From Raillietiella orientalis (Eukaryota), in the NCBI GenBank assembly GCA_036172245.1, contig JAYWIR010000002.1, positions 2,728,001 to 2,792,000 of the forward strand: 64,000 nucleotides of DNA, given 5' to 3'. This document shows, one piece after another, positions 1 through 12,280 of the stretch. The translations under genes and the position numbers were made by a program. Numbering within the stretch: the first letter of the stretch is position 1; the number at the start of each line of letters is the position of its first letter. The notes under the pieces were generated by a model that worked only from the letters and a program-made list of their open reading frames with translations, searched no databases and had not been told where the DNA came from.

Positions 1-3000
1 GTTCAGTCGACAGTTCCACTCTATCGAAACTTCTCTGTGGCTTGTCGAAAAAAGAGAGAAGTTGTGAAAGTGAGCAGCCCACAAGTGGTCTTCGTTATTT
101 TCTAAGGAAGGGCGTTCGATCTGCTGGCTGCCGTGGGGTGTGGTCGTTTCCTGCAGGCAAAGCGCGCACACTGGATCCGCCACTTGCCTCGTGACCCACC
201 TCCTTCCCTTCAAATTCCCCTGTCTCTTCGGGCTCCGAGAAGATCTTCTGGGGAGAAGATGGCAACCGTTCACGAAACGCTGACCATTCTTCAAGTCATT
301 TATCTCCGTGCTCAGGAGTCGAGCTGCAGTTCCAGGAACAAAAAAACAGTACTGCAACTCTTCGGAGGAATCAGTTCTTCGCCTTGTTTGTCAGTACGGG
401 CGAGAAAAAATTAGGAGAACCTATAGAACCAGAGCGGTCACATTTGTCCTCGCTTTTTTCCTCAAGAAAAAAAAAAAACATTGCTTGTTTCTCTATGAGA
501 TTGATCAGCTGATCGAATGCCATTTTCAATATCGATTTTTGTCCCCCTCCCTCTTCTCCCCCTCATTGTCCACCAAGTGCTTGGAGAAGGAGGATTTGAG
601 TCGGCGGAAATGCACAGAGAAAGAGAAGAACATTTGGCATTGTCATATGTACTCTTCTCGGGAAAAGACATCTTCTCCACCTGCGCTCATTTGCGTGGAA
701 ATGACTCTTTTTGTGTGTTTGTTGTCGGGTCATTCTGCAAGTGTTGCATGTATACATCTGTGATGATGCCTGGAATCGAGTGAGAGATTTGTTTGCATGG
801 AAATCACATTTTCCTTATTACAAATGCAGAGATGTGGTCCAGCTCACGTCAAATCAAGAAAGCGGAGCAGATTCTGCAGTCGGACATTACACCGTTGCCC
901 ATGCAATCTAATTATTAATTCCACGATGTTGGGCAAAGAATTCCTGTTTTCACCTCTTCGGAGCCATGTTTTCTCAAAACTTCGCAAACAGAATGACGGA
1001 GAAGTGCGTGGTGAAAGTTGGCAATGGAGCAAAAGCTCCCCCCTTTGCTTTCAGCACTGTTCTCACTCTCCTGCGGTGAAGGGGAGGGACAAGAGTGACC
1101 CCCAGATATCTTTTCCTCCAAAGTACAAATCTCTTCTCCATATCTCCATCGCTAATCCAAGACGAGACTTTTCCTCATGCACATCAAGAGGATTGCAAAG
1201 GGTCTCTCGCTTTTTGGATGCAACACACTATCGGAAAAGCCGAAATCAAGTGGCTTTCACGGAAATGCTGATTAAGTTGGTGTTGTCGAGAAGCTGTCTC
1301 TGGAACCATTCTGGAGCACGAAATCGCGTTTTTGGATTTCGGTAGAGGTCGTCCTGAGCTTAAGAAAAGTGCCTCCTGACCGGCAGACCTGATGACTGGA
1401 GGAGCAATGGCTCTCGTTTCTTCGTGTTTCGACAAATATGAGGTCCATCTATCCTGCTTCCTATGGGGAAATCGTATCGTCACGGCTCTGAAGAGCGAAT
1501 GCGAGCTCGAGAGCATGAGAAGAATGTTCATCGATGTTCAAACGCCTATGAGAAGGCAGGTCAGGTGACTGGTACAAGTCAGCATCTGTCGTCACTTTGA
1601 AATCCTGGATTCTCCTCCTCTTATGCTCTTGTTGTCACGTCATCCCTCCTTTCTCGAGGAAAGGAAAAGCGGTTCTCCAGGGAATGGTTCAGCAAAAAAT
1701 CCAATTGTTTATTTTGTGGTCCACTTTCGTCCGTGGCTGTGTGTCTTGCATGGCTACGGCTGACGAGTGAGGACTCCCTTAAATTAGTTGGTCCACTCGA
1801 ATGCGCAGCGATTGCATATTTTAGTGCCTGATTTCGAAACAAGCAAAAGACACTGCCTCTTTGGTCGAACCCAAAAGCCCTACTCTCAGAAGCCATCAGT
1901 GCACAGATGGCGCGTGGTCAACTAAGCTCCCTGATCGCCTTCACTTCGCATGACTCGAAAATCCTATTTTTTTGTGCCAGCGTTCATGTTTGTGCCTTTC
2001 CGGTTGGTGCAGAGAAACATCCCTGGTTGAATTCCATATCGGAGGTACTAGCGGACGAAAGAGCGTTTCTTTCCCTTTTTTTTTTTTCTTTTTTTTGGAT
2101 TCTCTCTGATGTGTCTTTAGGATGATGGTCAGCAAATTAGGATGCTATTAAGTACTCTGCACTATGAGGCTCCTGTGCAGACATCTACGTGTCTGGATCA
2201 TACATCAAAAACTTGTAAAATGAAGCACTTATTGTCACGTGGTGAAACGGAAACAGTAGAAATTCCATGAACCTAGACGTCAGATCTTCTCTGCTCGGCG
2301 AACTCTGTGGAATCGCTTTCGGAGAGCTCACCTTCCACAGAAGAGCGGATCAAATCTTGGAATCCTCTGTTGCAACGAGACCACACGACCTTCCCATAAC
2401 ATCTAGAAAAAAAAGAAAAAAAAGTGCTCTTTACGTCTCGCAAAATAAAACGAAAGTTCCAATCTTCTCAAAGAGAATGCGCGCATCTCAAGGGCACAAT
2501 GAAGTGTTTTCTTAGAAAATGTTTCCTTAACACCCGCTCGTGAACTCGTCAGAGGCAAAACGAAAACAAGAAATGCTCTTCGTTCCAGCTGATGGTGGAC
2601 AAAGTAATACAAAGTAATACACGGCGTTTCTCTCTTCGCAGGTGATGCTATTTCCTCTCGAAAGTCCACCGAAGGAACCTTGTCGACAGGAGGGGAGATT
2701 CTTTGTGAGATTCTGGATGCGGGCGGGCAACTGGAGAGGGCATCTCACCCCACAGCTGGAGTCAGAGATGGGAGCAGTTAGTCATCGGACATGATTCATG
2801 CAACACGTTCGTGGCTTGCTCTTTTCGATTCAGTCCGTCAGCTCCATCAGCCCGCTGCCTGGTCGAGCTGAAAGAGAAGACAGAGTTAGTAGATGCCTGG
2901 TACACACACACAGCCATAATGAGAGAGCAAAGAGGCGAGATGAACCCCGGGAACAAGCGCCACGAGCAGGCATCGGAAACGTTCAGCATCCGACGTACTA

Positions 3001-3069
3001 CGCAGCTGAGGAGAACCTTCCCGGTACTGATCAAAATCCCGAATGTCGAAATCTCGAAGGATAGCACAA

Positions 3070-3450
3070 AAAAACTGTGTATTTTATTATGTATATTAAT
3101 ACATAATATATATCTTGATATATAGATTAATACACAAATTTATTTAACATACATATTCATAATATTTATTAACATACGTATTATTACTATACTTGATAAT
3201 ACGTATTAATATATTATTAATGCATATTATAGATCATTGATAATGAGTATACCGTTATTGTATATATGAATATATATTAAATGGATACATAAATATCAAA
3301 TTAGAAAAAAATAATAGGGACATTTGAAAATAGTGGAAAAAATAAAATATATATAATAAACGTATATACTTGTTATTTTATAATCTTTATAATAAACATT
3401 AATGTATATGTAAGAATGTATAATAAACATGTGCATTTATTTTTTGTGAT
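3070..3450. repeat. Extremely AT-rich low-complexity block
   Basis: Runs of tata, taat and atatt motifs with very few G or C, sharply bounded by GC-richer sequence on both sides. Confidence 0.8.
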
Positions 3451-3489
3451 CTTTTGAGGTTTGGAATTCGGGATTTCGGCGTTTAGGAT

Positions 3490-5600
3490 TTAGAAGCAAT
3501 CCCAATCCTCCCGACCCAACGGCAGGGATGCTTGGTTCACGTGTGTTCGTGATAGGAAACACCCACCTATTTTGTTCCTTCGCCACACGGTCTGGGAGAA
3601 TTTTCCCCGAATTGGGAAAGGATGAACCCTGTTCCGCATCCCTCTGCGTCGAAGCGCTTCCTCCCGAGGCCGATCAGCTCCAGAGAAACCTTCCCTAAGG
3701 AGCCTCCGAGTGGAGGCCTGCAGGCGTCCGGAGGCGAGACCCCGAAAGCGAGGAAGAAGCTGCATCACGTCATCTGGCGATGATTCGGGTCTTTCCCTTT
3801 CCTGTTCTCTCCCTAAAGAAGAAAGAAGGGGTCGGAGGGAGGAAAGACCTATGGAAAGAGGAACCTCGGCGCATGCTCACAAAGGGGTCGATGATGGCTA
3901 GGCCCCATTCTATCGGCATTCCGGACGTGGATCTCGAGCCTATATGCTGGAACTTTTGCTTTCCCATAGGCACTCTCATCTTCTCCATTGAACTTCCATT
4001 TCTGAACTTTTTTCTTCTGACTACACCTGCACTTCCTCCTTCTTTTTCTTCTTCTTCTTCTTCTTCTGCTGTTGCTTCTCTTGTCAAAACCAGCGCGAAA
4101 AATGGAAAAGCGCCACTTCCCATCCGACTCGGGATGCGTCGTGGGCTCAAGCGCTTTTGAGTCACTCCATACCAAAACTTTGGCTCGAGTACGAAGAGAA
4201 AAACACCTTCGGGTCCTTCCATCATGCAAGAGCAAGTAATAGAGATGCTTTAGAGGATACTCCAGATTTCAAAGGGGGGAAGTCCCTCCTCCCTCTCCCC
4301 CCTTGTAGAGATAGCTCACGCGATCAGAATCAAAGCCGCGGCTCAAGGTAGAATCCGCGTGGGCGGCTCATGGTTTTCAAGACCCGAATCTTTCTCGAAA
4401 CCCCTGTCTCCTGCCGTCCGACCCCCTGTCACATCCACTCTGCAGAAAGGGGTGGCCTGGCGTTTCGAGAACTCGCAGCCGACTCGCTCCTGGAAGGTTC
4501 CTTCGAGGGTCACACCTGGTCACCAAACTTGCTCATCTCGAGCTTCATGGGTTCGGCAACTTCAGGTGCCAAGCATCTGGTAGTGCGCGCCGAAGGGGTT
4601 TTCGGTTCCTCCTGAGTGTTGCGCAGTGATCCCCCACTTCGCAAGAGCGCGCATCTCTCCCTTTTCGAAAAGAACGAAGGACAAGAAAATGGACAAACTG
4701 CTCTAATGAGAGCTGCTGCACCTCCCTCAAAGTGATGTGCATCTGTCTCTCCTAGAAACAAGTTTCCGGTAACCATAGCGACGTCGAAAAAATTTCCAGC
4801 CGAGGAGCCTTCAAGCATTCACAGTCCCAAGAATGAACAGAAACCGACGTGTAGTTCGAATCCAGAAAAGGGCAGCCGAACCAGGGAAGCCAGTCCTTAA
4901 GCTGTCGGTTCATAAAAGTCAAGCAGACCCTCTCTGCGAGTCTCTGCTCCTCGAAAACTTCCGATACCATTACCTAGGAGGCGCGCAGAAGCAGCGACCC
5001 TCACTCGAGGATGCGGAGCGTCAGAACGAGATGAGGATCCTTTTACAGCGTCTTCAGGTTCCCCGGGATGGAGAGGGCAGAAAATACGAGGAGGAGATTT
5101 GGATCAGGAGTCTGTTGACGAACAAACGCGTGCTAGGTAAGGACCCCTGCCAACAGTCGCTGAGAAGAACGCACCTACAGATGTCCTTTGATACCGTTTA
5201 AACCCAAAGGCAAACAGTTCTGGGTCACTCCAAAATCTGAGAGAGTTCAGTCCTCCTCGTTATTCGACGGGGCTTTGGGAGGCAAAACAAACCAAGCCAC
5301 CGAAGGGGCATTTGTGGACGGCGCGTCTGAAGTGCTGCGGCAGCTTCATCTCACCGCTCGCCGAGTCACAGACATCCTTGCATTTAACCAGTAAATCCAG
5401 ATCTTCTGGCTGGATGTTTGAGCGGGCGTGAGAGGCCCATGCTCTGGAAAGGAAGCAAATGAAAAGGAACTGCCCTGTTGAAAGAGAAAAAACCTGTCGC
5501 CTTTACTGACCCAACGAACGTGTCCAACCAGTGGCAAAAAAAGCGCGTGCTCGTAACCGTTCGCCACGGGCCACGTGTTTCGGAAATTCCCGCGAAATTT
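3490..5600 (-). mobile_element. Very degenerate retroelement remnant (ORF1/gag-like plus start of APE-like domain)
   Basis: GC- and CpG-rich block. Minus strand shows a gag-like IRTTRRFLFIL segment, a charged low-complexity stretch, then APE-like GCGTGFIL and LPLGREDWDC (cf. GVAIL and GGDFNC). It ends abruptly at the AT-rich block. Confidence 0.3.
4046..4066 (+). repeat. (TTC)7 microsatellite
   Basis: Direct read of the sequence. Confidence 0.85.
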
Positions 5601-6785
5601 TGGTTAGAAACTGCACCTACGTGAATCAGAACCCTTCGTAGCTTGGGTGTGTTGACCCTTCCAAGGACTGGGGAAAGATGGTGGCGAATTCGTTGACTAG
5701 CATTTAGTGGAGTCGTTCTTGCATTTTTTTGGGGGGGGAGAGTCTCTGTAGCTCTCCCTTGAACTCAAGGATGAGATCTTTTTAGCAATTAAGGATGACT
5801 GCATCTTGCGGATGGACTGAGAAATCTTTTGCTTCTGGCTAGTTCCACGGACGCAACCGTGAGACCACAGCTCTTGCCTGTCCCTCACAAGGCGTTTTAC
5901 ATCGCTTAGATTGCGGTTAATTAAGCGCCGGTCCAGTTCTCGAGATGAGAGAATTTCTGCATCGAAATGCGTCTCACGTTCTGAGCGTTCGCTTCATCGC
6001 TGACGTCCGGAAGCGGTCATTAATGTGTGCGGATTATCCGTAACTGTGGACGACGTAGTCACCCCCATTTGCACATAGCACCCCAACTTTAGGAAAGAGG
6101 GTTGATGAGAAAAGATGAATGGAGATTCTCGGTCGAGCGTAAGCGGATACTTCATACTACTGATGTATCCCCGAGAAACATTACAACGGATCACAATCTT
6201 TCGAGCTGGACCGTAGCTATTGAAACAGTTTCCTGAGTTTCAGAGCACTTTCCACCCCTTTGAAATCATTCAGTGGAGTAGACGAGAACAGCATATGGCA
6301 TCTGATTAACGACAGAAAATCCAGAAGCACAGAAAATTCCTGGATCCTTTACTATCCCACAATAGGGAACTCGAGACATCTGTTTTGAGTAAAAAGAGTA
6401 GACTGAGAAAAGCAAAACCCCAGATCCTAGGTAGTTCGGTCTTTTTGGAGCGCATCCGTTGCGCAAGATGTTTCTTCGCCGCGGGGACCTCTGCAAAGAC
6501 TCATGGAATCCATAATCTCCTTGCCACCCTGATTCTCCTCGCTGCTCTGGCCATGTTTGTTGGTATTTTCATTTCCGTCATCCTTGTAGTTCTTGCTCTA
6601 TCATTAGCAAAGTGAGACTGAGAGGAATCCCTGTGATACTCTACTGACTACTTGATCACTGATCCTCAACACACGGTCAGTCTGAAGAGTCCAACCTTCC
6701 GCGCAATGAATCTCTCGACGTTTCTGCACGTTCGCTTGGCGTTGAAAGAGCTTAGCTGCCAATAGCAGAAGAGCAAAGTTTGAAA

Positions 6786-7231
6786 ATGTCGCTGTTTCAA
6801 GAAATCGGTGCCGTCCTGGAGCAGAAGCAAAACCTCGACATAGAACGGAAAAAATTAGACTTTCTAGAAGAGGACATGTACAGCATCAAGAGGGAAGCTG
6901 AGGAGTTCACGAGGAGGCTTGTGGATAGCTTTCTGGGAAACATAGGTATCCAGAAAAAACAGAATATGCTACAAGAACTCGTTGCTGATGACCTGCAAGT
7001 AAGATAAATGAAATTTCTAACTTTCAAGTTTTTTTTTCTTCTTTTGCATTACAGAGAGCACGAAATGAAGTGGAATCTTACTTAGATGAGGCTTCTTGCG
7101 CGCTCAATCAACTGAGGACCGATTCCCAGAGAGAGCCCTTTCTAACCGCCAACGAACTCAAAAAATTAACATCCCTTCATGAAGAAAGCGAACTTTCCAG
7201 TGATGAAATGCTTAAACAATCTACCACGTGA
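6786..7231 (+). CDS. Candidate orphan coiled-coil protein, 2 exons, 129 aa
   Basis: Exon 1, 6786-6998 (MSLFQEIGAVLEQKQNLDIERKKLDFLEEDMYSIKREAEE...), ends at donor CAA|gtaaga. A 56-nt intron has a long polypyrimidine tract ending ttacag. Exon 2, 7055-7231, stays open in phase 0 (RARNEVESYLDEASCALNQLR...STT*). AATAAA at 7361-7366. No family recognised. Confidence 0.55.
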
Positions 7232-7699
7232 GACAATTTCTCGATTCTTCTCTGCTCAGGGATCACGTTTACATGACAACCGCAACAAATTTAGGCGGCT
7301 ATGCTTGCCCTACTCTTTTGCGAATGTTCAGCGTAAATACGTAGAGAAAAAAAAAGGAAAAATAAAATTCGAATTCATACATTGAGCTCCGTGTTCCGCA
7401 GCCGGCTGCAGAGATCGTTTCCATGTGTTTATCCAAAGACAGGTTCTCCATCCTCTCATGCTTCCTATCCATACTTGCCGCTGAACGTTTTATACATATC
7501 CGAGTAGGACCAAGGAGCATGGAAGTGGACAGACTTTGGGAGATCTGGATGCACAATTTGGTGCCCTTTCCAACTTTCCTCTTCATCTTGATGACTGCTT
7601 CCCTCTCGCCTTGGATTCACTCTTTTGGAGACGTCGATGAACCGTCGGCTCCCCTTCCGGCCTGAAAGCATCTCCGCTTGCCCGATCGGCGAAGCTAAG

Positions 7700-10600
7700 C
7701 AACCTCTAGAAGGCTCCGGTCCTCCCTGCCTTCGTGGAATTCTTTCTGAGAACTCGGATGTTGTGAACCTCGAAAATACGTATTGCGCATCGGCGGGGAT
7801 TCGAAGTGGTAATTGCTCGCTTTTTGGGGGTTCGCTTCCCAGATCTGGAAGCTCTCCTCACTCGGTCTGATTTTCTTTCTGGCTGAGATCCTTGCAGCTC
7901 TTCAGGCGAACAGAGGCAAAAAAAAAAAAATCCACAGAAAAAGTTACAGAAGAAGATCAATCATCCATCCCAGTCATCTCACGAATGAACATCTTATCAG
8001 GAATTCTACATGGAAGGATCTGGTTTGCATAGTCCTGGAGCAACGCGAAAGAAGACTGATTCAGGATGTCGAAATCTCGACATCTGGCGAATACCAAAGC
8101 TGAGTGACTCGAGCAGTTGAGCGTAACTAGGGAAGATCTGCTCACGAAGGCCACAAACGTGCCTATGATGGGAACACAAGTGTTTCCTGCGATGCATTCC
8201 TTGCTTGGCGACAATCTACGCCGTGTCCAGTCCACGGGGATCCACTCCTCCTCCTTGCTCGCTCCAAGAGCTCGGACTCCCTCGCACTTAGTGCAACAGA
8301 ATCCTCGGAGACACCTGCGTCGTGGCTCAACGGACTGCCGTAGGCATTTTCGGGAACCGCACGCCGAAAGACGGGAAAGCGAAAAAAAAAAATTCAGGGG
8401 TGCAACGGACAGCGACCGGGTTCATCAGGGGTCAAACGCCTGACCACTAATGGCGATGAAGCTTTATGAGGAGAAATGGAAAAAAAGACCGGTCCCACAG
8501 TGGGAGGGATGACCTGTTCCTAGAAGGAAAAAAATGAAACGAAGCATGAAGAAAAAATTTCCTGCCAATTGGAAGGAATGTGCGGAATCGGTAGAATGCC
8601 AGGTGTGCCTGGTACAGCCACTGAATCCTGTATTGAGGATTGTTCCGGAAATTCGGGCATAGATTTTGAATAGACGTTTTCGAGGAAGTTGGGAATAAGT
8701 GTTTCCAAATTGTAGTGGTGGTGGCAATTAGGGACAAAAGAAAGGTTCTGAACAGTTTGTTGAAGCGCATCGCGGAGTCCTCAGTTCGTGCTGGGTCTCT
8801 GCAGAAGTTGAAGAATGCCGGTGTCCGTTCCAGGAGGGAAAAGTTCGAAAGGAGGCTCAGAAGCAGGTTGGGACATGGAAAAACAAAATGTTTCAAAACG
8901 CGGGTAAAGGGCATCTCTGGGAGATCAACTCACGCTCCATCCTTCTTCTTCCTGATCCATCTCATTGCAGGAGCAAGTGCCAAAGCTTCCTGCTGGCATA
9001 CGACAGGGGAAATAGCTTTTTTTTTTCGAATACGGCTTCTAATAAGGATTCAGAGTTCGGGAATCCCTCTGGAATACAAGAGGTGAAAACGATTTAGGAA
9101 ATCACGCAAGACGAAACCGACTAGCGAGCTAATGATTGCCTCGAGCTCATTCAGAGCCGGATACAAGACTGAAAAATAGAAGAAATAGAAGGATTTCATG
9201 GGAGAAAGAGAGAAGTCAGCAAGCAAAAAATGCCTTCGGTCATCGGAGGCGAACAGCACAATGCTGCCAAAGAAAAAATGAGAGCATCGGAATCCGTTCC
9301 TGATTAACCAGAAGCGAAAAGAGAGGCGGTTTGGGGGACAAGAGTCCGTTTCCTTAAATCCTCCCACACTGATCTTGGAACGAAGCTAAGAGTTCGAAAG
9401 GATTTTCGAGGAGCGGCACGTCTAAAAACTGAGAAGCGATTAGAACTTCGAGACTTGAACTTCTTGCACCCAATGTGGAAGAGAAGCGTCCTCCGGGAAT
9501 CTCTGATAAAGATTAGGGTTGAGAGTAGAACGAGTTCCCCCCGATAAGCGCTTCACAGTCTGTGGTTGACGGTCCCAAGCTGTTTGGCAGATGATTCGGC
9601 GCCGGGGAGCCAAAGGAGAGGAAGAATGGTAGACCCCGCAGACTGCCATTTATCTGCGTTGTTCACTCATAGTCGAGCGAGCTTTTACTTGGTTACGTTA
9701 GTAATCATCACGCCGATAGAATCGGTAACACGAGCCTCCAGTCATGCACTGTAGGGAAGAGCAAGGCAATAAGCGTCGGAAGTCTTAGAGAATCCCTATG
9801 ATCAGATATCTACCGAATTCTTGTCCGAAGCCAGCCCTTTATCCACCACCGACCGAATGAAGTTCGCCGAAACCCTGTGCTCTCTATGATCCACAGGCTC
9901 GACGGTATCATCAAAGTACCAATCGTGCAAATTTTAAGCGCAATCGTGCTGCAGATGGAACGACGTTTCTTGTCACAGACTTCCTGAACCTCAGCCGAAG
10001 GGGTGGGAATGGCTAAGAAAGAAGAAAAGCAAGAGAGAGAGCTTTAGCGACCAGCATTGCAGTCCTGGAGCAGTTGCGAGCGAATGTTGCGCAATCACTC
10101 TATGAGGTTGCTTGCCCAGCAGACGACTGGGGGCCGCAAGGAGGAGGTTCAGTTCGACTCTCCTCGCTGCCTGCGAATCCACGAGCTGCAAACAGAAAGA
10201 TCCGACCTCTTTTGGATTACTCGCTGAAAAATTCTCCCCTTTTTACGATCCCTGGAAGGAAAGTAAGATAATTCAGAAAGGGGAGGGCGCGGACCTTAAG
10301 CGGTGGATGACAAGGGCTAAATCTACTAACCGGAGGAGAGAACAAGAGGATGGTCCAATGATGCTTACATGGAGGGCAGTCTCAGTAACGAATCTCACGA
10401 TGATACAAGCCCAGGAAATTCATACACACGCGCGCGCGCAAAAAAAAAAGCTCCAGAGTCTCCTTATCCAAAGCCACAAAGACGTTTGCTTGACTTCCGC
10501 GGCTGTTGAGAAGGGGACGAAATGCTATGTTGGTTAATAGATAAAGAGATGTAAGTGATGGGACGCAGTTCTCTCTCATCAAGGGGATAGGAGGGTTTAT

Positions 10601-11600
10601 CCGAAAGATCGTTTTTAAACATGTGATAGGAGTTGAACGTGAATGTGCGAATGTACACGGAGGAAGATTCTCGATGATGGAGCCGTGCAAAACAGAGAAC
10701 GAAGAACTAAGAAAAGCAGAGTGAACTGTTCGTATGCAAAACGTAATCGAGAGCTGGAGAGGGGACCCTCCATCTCGTACCATAGATCTGCAGGATCGAC
10801 ATCTCTCCAGAGTGTGAAGAAGTGCGCGGCTCGCTTCGGAAACGATGACCCTTCAGAAAAATTTTGGCATCGTCCCTTCGGGGTTCTCTTTAGAGGAGGA
10901 AACGAGGAGCGGTTCTCTCTTGGGTTCCCTCCGGAAAAGAAATGAGTGGACTCCCATCCGTGGGGTCCCTCTGGAGAGAATGAGGAAGAGAGACTCTTTT
11001 CGGGGTTCCAAAGTGGACAACCAGGGTGGTGAGTTCGCTTCGGGGCTTCCCATCCCAAGCGTGGGAGGAATGGACTCCTTTCTCTGGAATGCTTCCTCTA
11101 ATCATAGAGCGATCCCCTCGGGGGGGCACCCCCCAACTTAAAGAGTTATTACACGCGACTCGGGTGGCATGGAACAGTGTGAAAGAGCTTCGTGAACCGT
11201 CAGGCGAACGACGGTTCCTGAGTGCATAGCGAACCAGAACAAAAGAAGAAACAAAAAACAAACAAAGCAGTGAAAATAGGGAAGAACCCAAAATGATGGA
11301 AATCCTTTTGGGTTCTTTCCTGTTTCAATTTTGGGTTCCATATCCCCCCGTATGCCTGAACATCAGTGCGCACACCATCACGATCAAGAAATCGTGGAGG
11401 GGAAACTCCGTGGACCCTCTGGGTGAGTTCGGATGCGGATTTAACTCCGTTGCGAGTTTCATTTGCTCGATGTTTCCATCAGGCAAACGGGGCTTCGTCT
11501 GCACCCGACTCAGCGTCTTGCAGTTCTGGAACGGGATCCTGGAGAGTGAGTCGATAGATCAACCAAGAACGCCGTGGAGAAAGGAAGGATTTTGTCTGAG
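7700..11600 (-). mobile_element. Very degenerate L1/Tx1-like retroelement remnant (ORF1-like, APE-like, RT-like)
   Basis: Eroded motifs in the expected order on the minus strand: gag-like RNGVK...PRFLDRDGVRT (~11350-11430), APE-like VQE (~9985) and GRYLI (~9805), then RT-region-like segments at 8100-8900. No intact ORF; boundaries approximate. Confidence 0.35.
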
Positions 11601-12280
11601 AGAAAATTATGGGGGATTCGAGGCGGCTAAAAAGGAAAAGTGGGAGTGACTTTCAAATCAATCGTCGGTTGCGTCGACTGGTGAGATTCGTTCGCTCATA
11701 AGAGAGATTGCGTGCAAGGAGATTTTTCGTTTGAAGGAACAGCTCTGTAGGCAGGCATGTGTGTCTGAGAGATCTCCCAAGATCTATTTAATTCACCCAT
11801 GGTTGTGTCCGCTAGCAGTCTTGCATAGATAGCAACTGAAACGTCACCGTCGACCTAGCAACGCTCGGTTGCACACCGCATCATCAATTAAAGTTTTCTT
11901 CTACTAAGCTTGATGTTTCTGAAAAGCAGCCTCCCGATCACTTTCTTCAAGAGTTCAAGAGAAATCACAGCGGAAAAGCTCTGTCTGCATCACCGCTATG
12001 CTAGCGGAATGACGGAATTTTCGCACTTCTACTTTCTAATAAAGCTGCTGTTTCTTTCTGTTTTCTTCTTAATTCTTAACTCTTGAGAGGGAGGGGTATC
12101 TGTTTGTACATTTCGGACACCCACATTACCGTACAGATAATATAATACATGAAGTTTGATACACATTTCTGGGTGGAATCCTCTTTGCAAACAAAGTTGT
12201 CGCATCTCTTGTCCAGAGAGCCAATTTTGTTCCTTGGTTTTATATGAAACTGTTCCGAATATTCTTCGTGACCGTCTCAG

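Noticed and set aside
517..783. VLGEGGF resembling a protein kinase glycine-rich loop
   Set aside because: No downstream kinase motifs (AxK, HRD, DFG) found nearby; probably chance.
2500..3060. Splice-like sites and open frames suggesting a plus-strand gene
   Set aside because: Several frames are equally open, no consistent phase chain could be built, and no recognisable protein emerges.
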